Shown here: positions 57,193 to 64,000 of the stretch, one piece after another
Layout: every line of letters begins with the position of its first letter
How positions within the stretch are numbered: position 1 is the stretch's first letter
From: the human T2T-CHM13v2.0 reference genome, Homo sapiens
Strand: one strand, 5' to 3'
Length of the DNA stretch: 64,000 nucleotides
NCBI RefSeq assembly: GCF_009914755.1
Contig: NC_060937.1
Notes under the pieces: generated by a model
The model's input: the letters and a program-made list of their open reading frames with translations, nothing else
Database searches by the model: none
What the model was told of the DNA's origin: nothing
Made by a program: the position numbers and the translations under genes

Positions 57193-59442
57193 AGGATGGG
57201 TGGAACAATATGGCAAAATAGAAAGCTCCACTGCTCATCTCCCCAGCAAGGTCACCAAGTTAGCAACTATTTACACAGAATGACACACCTTCATAAGAAC
57301 GAAAAATCAAGTGAGCACTCACAGTAGCTGATTTTAACTTCATATTACTGAAAGAGGCAGTAAAGAAATAGAAAAAACAGTCCTGAATCACCTATGCCAC
57401 CCGCCCTCCACCCCAGCAGCAGACGTGTGGTATGGGGAGTGTCTCTGGGTGCTGAGGGAGCAGAACACAGCAATTCTGAGGCATTGATCTCAGTGCTGTC
57501 CTGTTAGAGAAGAAAGGAAAACCAGACGAAACTCAGCTGATATCCGCCCAAGGAGGGAGCATTTAAACCAGCCCTAGCCAGAAGGGAATTGCCAATCCCA
57601 GTGGTCCAAACTTGAGTGCCTGGAAAACCTCGTCACCTAAGGCCAAAGTGCTTTTGTCTCTAAGTAAACTTAAAAGGCAGTCTAGGCCATAAGGACTGCA
57701 ACTCATAGGCAAGTCCTAGGGCTGAACTAGGTCCAGAGACAGTGGACTGAGGGGACAGGTCACAATCTGAGATACCAGTTGGGGCAACCAAAGGAGTGCT
57801 GGCATCACCCCTCCACTAACCCCTGGCTGCCCAGCTCCAGGCTCCAAAAGAGACCCCTTCCTTCCACTTGAGGAGAGCAGAGGGAAGACTGGAGAGGACT
57901 TTGTCTTGCATTTTGGATACTAACTCAGCCACAACAGAATAGGGCACCAGTCAGAGTCATGAGGCTTGCATTCCAGGTCCTAGTTCCCAGAGGACATTTC
58001 TAGATACACCCTGGGCCAGAAAGGAATCCACTGCCTTGAAGGGAAGGACAAAGGTGCTAAGAACATACATTGGGGAAAGGATGGTCTCTTCAATAAATAA
58101 TGCTGGGAAAACTGAATATGCATATGCAAAAGAATGAAACTAGACCCCTATCTCTCACCATATATAAAAATGAATTCAAGACTTAAACCAAAGAGACCTC
58201 AAATATGAAACTACCACAAGAAAATATTGGGGAAAATCTCCAGGATATTGGTCTGGGCAAATATTTCTTGAGCAATACCCCACAAGCACAGGCAACCAAA
58301 GCAAAGATAGACGAATGAGATCACATCAAGTTAAAAAGCTTCTGCACAGAAAAGGATACAATCAACAAAGTGAAGAGACAATCCACAGAATGGGATAAAA
58401 TATTTGCAAAAACTACCTCTCTGACAAGGGATTAATAACCAGAATATATAAGAAGCTCAAAAAACTCTTAGAAAAAAAAACAAACAAACTCATAATCCAA
58501 TCAAAAATGGGTGAAACATTTGAACAGACTTTTTTTCAAAAGAAGACATACAAATGGCAAACAGGCATATGAAAAGGTGCTCAACAGCACTAATCATCAG
58601 AGAAATGCAAATTAAAACTGCAATGAGATACCACCTCACCACAGTTGAAATGGTTTACATCCAAAAGACAGGCCATAACAAATGCTGGCGAGTATGTGGA
58701 GAAAAGGGAATCCTCATACATTGTTGGTGGGAATGTAAATTAGTACAACCACTATGGAGAAGAGTTGGAAGTTTCTTAAAAAATTGAAAATTGAGCTACC
58801 ATATGATCCAGGAATCTCACTGCTGGGTAACTACCCAAAAGAAGGGAAATCAATGTATCAAAGAGATAGCTGCACTCCTATGTTTCTTGCAGCAGTGTTT
58901 ACAATAGCTAAGATTTGAAAGCAACCTAAATGTCCATCAACAGATGAGTGGATAAAGAAAATGTGGTACATATACACAGTGAAGTACTATTCAGTTATAT
59001 GAATAATGAGAACCAGTCATGTACAACAACACGATGGAACTGGAGAGCATTATGTTTAGTGAAATAAGCTAGGCGCAGAAAGACAAATATCGCATGCTCT
59101 CACTAATTTGTGGGATCTAAAAATAAAAACAATTGAACTTATGGGTGGTTGGAGGGCAGGTGGAGATGGCTAATGGGTACAAAAAGATAGAAAGAATAAA
59201 TAAGACCTACTATTTGATAGCACAATAGGGTGACTATAGTCTGTAATAACTTAATTGTATATTTAAAAATAAATAATGTAATTGGATTGTTTGTAACTCA
59301 AAAGATAAATGATTGAGAGGATGGATACCTCATTCTCCATGATGTGCTTATTTCACATTACATGCTTGTATCAAAACATCTCATATACCCCGCAAATTTA
59401 TACACCTACTATGTATTCACAAACATTTAAAAAAATAATTTA
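57193..59442 (+). mobile_element. L1MA (MA2-like) with both ends but a large internal deletion
   Basis: L1M 5'UTR to ~58047 fused to late ORF2 (gacaaaggtgctaagaacatacattgggg), L1MA 3'UTR, TSD-like aaatgatttc / aaattatttc. Confidence 0.85.
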
Positions 59443-59735
59443 AAAATTATTTCTTAAATGAATCAATAATTTCATTAATTTGTCATTAATATAAGCACTG
59501 ACAAAAAGTAAATCCATGTATTCATACAGACACTCTATAAAGAAATGTTAGTTTAATGCTAGGTGCGGTGGCTCAATGTTTTTCAGTGTGAGTAAAATAT
59601 TTACAAAGCTTAGATTTATATCCTGAGAAATAATGTTTCATTTTATAAATATTAATAGGTTCTTAAATTTTTCAGTTTTCTGTTTTATAAAATTTAGAAA
59701 ATATGAAGAACCTCAGCCTCTAAAAATATATTTTT

Positions 59736-60041
<306 letters not shown>

Positions 60042-60489
60042 GGTAGTTTACACAAACAATTATTTGTGATTAAGCAAGCATTGTAAAGAAATCCCACAAA
60101 CAGGGGTAGAGTAATTCATTTTTTATTTAGAGAAAACTGTTTAGTCATCCTGCACTACACAATAACAATAACCTAGGTAATTTAAATAGTTCAACTTTTT
60201 AAAACTGTGTACCTTTGAAGTGTAACTGTGAAGCAGCTCTATTATATAAGGTTAAAATTATCAATCAGAGCCACTAAATAGGTGATAGCAAATTCATAGA
60301 AAACTGCTGTTTAAATTAACTAAATTGAAAAAATATATAAAAATATGCTAAGTAGAAAAAGGCTATAACAAGACTCTAAATATCTTCACTAATAAACAGA
60401 CACAATATGCTAAAACCGTAAGGTGAACAATGTGGCAGCCATTGAGAGTGGCAAAACTGTGTGACATGGAAAAACCTTAAAATATACAC

Positions 60490-61586
60490 TGACTGAAAAA
60501 TTCCTATTGCTTAATGACAGTTTAGCCATTGCAACATCATAGCCCAAACATTTACCCTCATGTGTGTGGTGATGTGGTGTAAACAAACTTACTGCCTTGC
60601 CACCTTTATAAAAGTATAGCACATGCAACTATGTGTAGTACCTAACATTTAATAATGACAATAAGCAAGTGTTACTGGTTATGTACTTTTTTATTATTAT
60701 TTTGAATGTACTCCCTCTGCTTACTTAAAAATGAAAATTAACTGTAAAACAGCCTCAGGAGATCCTTCAAGGGATATTCCTGAAGAAGGCCTTATTATCA
60801 TGGGATATGACAGGTCCTTGTGCGTTATTGTCCCTAAAAACCTTCCAGTGAGACAAGATACGGAGGTGGGAGACAGTGATACTGATGATCCTGACTCTAT
60901 GTATGTTTAGACTAATGTGTGTGTTTGTGTCTTTGTTTTTAACAAAAAATTTGAAAAGTAAAAAATGAAAATTGAAAAAATAAATTTAAAACTATAGAAT
61001 AAAAATATAAAGTACTTTCGTAGAGCTGCACAATGTGTTGTTTATGTTTTAAGCTATAATGTTATTACAAAGTAGTTAAAATTTGAAAATAATTTAAAAG
61101 TATATAAAGAAAAAAGTTACAGTAAGCTAAATTATTATTGAAGAAAATTTTTTATAAATGTTGTGTAGCTGAAGTGTACTGCCTTTGCAAATCTATGGTA
61201 ACATATAGTAATGTCCTACCTGTGCCTTCACACTCAATCACCACACGCTGACACACCCAGAGCAACTTCCATTCCTACAAGCTCCACTCACGGTAAGTGT
61301 CCTATATAGGTGTTCCTTTTATCTGTAAGCCACATTTTTACCATATTTTTTGTATGGTTAGATACTTAAATACTTACCATTGTGTTACAATTGCCTATAG
61401 CATTCAGAACAAGCATGCTGTTCACGTTTGTAGCCTACGACAATTGGCTATACCATATATCTTAGATGTATAGTAGTCTATATCATCTAAATTTGGCCAA
61501 TCTACTCTGTGTTGTTCACACAATGGCAAAATTGCTCAACAATGCATTTCTGATAACATATCTTTTTGTTAATTGACATATGACTA
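60490..61586 (+). mobile_element. Tigger3b (MER7B), left TIR missing
   Basis: ctgaaaaattcctat; aactgtaaaacagcctcagg; ccttccagtgagacaagat; right TIR tatgacta followed by TA. Confidence 0.85.
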
Positions 61587-61641
61587 TAGATTAAAGAGAG
61601 CACACAACCTATGAATAAAATATGAATTTTAAAGCAGGCAA

Positions 61642-61704
61642 TGGCCTTCCAAAGTGCTGAGATTACAGGGATGAGCCATACAAAAATAAATAAAAGAATA
61701 AATA
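61642..61704. mobile_element. Antisense Alu 5' fragment plus sense A-rich tail between TSDs
   Basis: ggccttccaaagtgctgagattacagggatgagccatac then A-rich tract; aaagcaggcaa / aaagcagacaa flanks. Confidence 0.7.
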
Positions 61705-61745
61705 AAAGCAGACAAAACACATTTGTAGAAAGAGGTCACAATAGG

Positions 61746-62134
<389 letters not shown>

Positions 62135-62763
62135 TTACATTTGCCTGCTGTTTTCAAATTTGTAGTAGAATTCACTGTTCTTTCCATATTCCCCACTATT
62201 CTGAAGCAGCTGGCTTGATAGAATGGCCCTTTGAAGATTCAGCTACCTTGATGGCTAGGTTGAAATATCTTGCAGGATTGGGGCAATGTTCTTCCTTCAG
62301 GAGGCTGTCTATGCTCTAAATCTGTGCCCCATATAAATTGCTGTTTCTCCCATAGCCAGGATTTATTGGTCCAGGAATCAACGGAGTAGAAATAAGAATG
62401 GTACTTTTCACTATAAACCCTAATGATCCACTAGGAAATTTTTTTGCCTTCTGTCCCAGCAACTTTATGGCCTACTTGTCTAGAAGTTTTCATTCCAAAG
62501 GGAAGAAGTGCACCAAGAGAAAGAACAATGAATTCATCGAAGTGGAAATTAAGACTGTTGCTCAGTCAATTTGGATTTCTCATGACTCTGAATCAACAGG
62601 CAAATAAAGGAGCTACTATACTCGCAAGGTGATTGGTCTTGAATGCTAAGGGAAATTAGACTTCTGCAATTGAGGTAAAGAAGAATATATCTACAATACA
62701 CGAGATCCCTTAGTGCTTCTGAGTACTACCATATCCTGCTGTGGTTAAAAGTTAATGAAAATC

Positions 62764-63368
<605 letters not shown>

Positions 63369-63964
63369 GGCATAGACCCTTAAGAAATAAAGATTTGGAT
63401 TATATGGATTATATTACTTGACAAAGAACCACAACCAGCTGAGGTGATTGCTGAAGACAAATGTAATATAGAATGGATAGCGGAAGAAAGCAATTATAAT
63501 TACCAGCTAAGACCACAGGTCTACTTCAGAAACAAAAACTGTAACTTTATTGTATTGTAAATATGATTTAATTGTAAATATGTGTGTATATATATGTGGG
63601 GTATATGTACATATATATGTGTATACATATGTGTGACTCTGTGTGTATATACACTCAAACACATATACACAAATACCTTTGCTTTCTCTTATATTATCCC
63701 TTTCTATAAAAAAAGTTGTATTAACTTTGTAACATAGTACTTAAATATTAACTGTATATCATTGCATTTGAGTTACATGATATCAGAGAAAACACCACCC
63801 ATGACCTTTACATCCTCTTCTGGGGAAAGAGTTGGTGGATTTTCAGGGTTATGCAGGATGATTGTATCATGTCAGAAAGAAGTATTCTTTGCTATTATCT
63901 TTATTTGGAAATTAAATATGATTTAAAGAGATGTGTATGTGTGACAAGTTGACAAGGAGTGGAC

Positions 63965-64000
63965 TGTGATGGTTCATTTTATATGTCCACTTGGCTAGGC
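63965..64000 (+). mobile_element. Start of MLT2 LTR (3' LTR of the ERVL)
   Basis: tgtgatggttcattttatatgtccacttggctaggc immediately after the PPT. Confidence 0.8.

Overview
AT-rich, gene-poor great-ape/human genomic DNA; an SVA element and AluY copies point to the hominid lineage. No protein-coding exon, RNA gene or CRISPR array is supportable, and the listed ORFs are transposon remnants or chance. The window is a dense transposable-element record: a near-complete MER21 (ERVL-class) provirus with an in-frame loss of the RT core, an ERVL 3' end with an MLT2 LTR, solo LTRs (MER9, MER31-like, THE1, MLT1), a full-length older-type SVA, about 14 Alus or Alu stubs, L1s of many ages, HAL1, L2, L3, MIR and Tigger/MER5 relics. 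Subfamily names are from recognition of consensus motifs, not a database search. The most notable signals not explained by repeats are a CpG-retaining unique segment at about 22.85-23.5 kb (hammerhead-ribozyme-like core, nuclear-receptor palindromes, possible minus-strand exon), a 63-bp diverged direct repeat 2.9 kb apart, and a TSD-flanked antisense-Alu-plus-polyA micro-insertion. I cannot establish a new biological system; these are leads.
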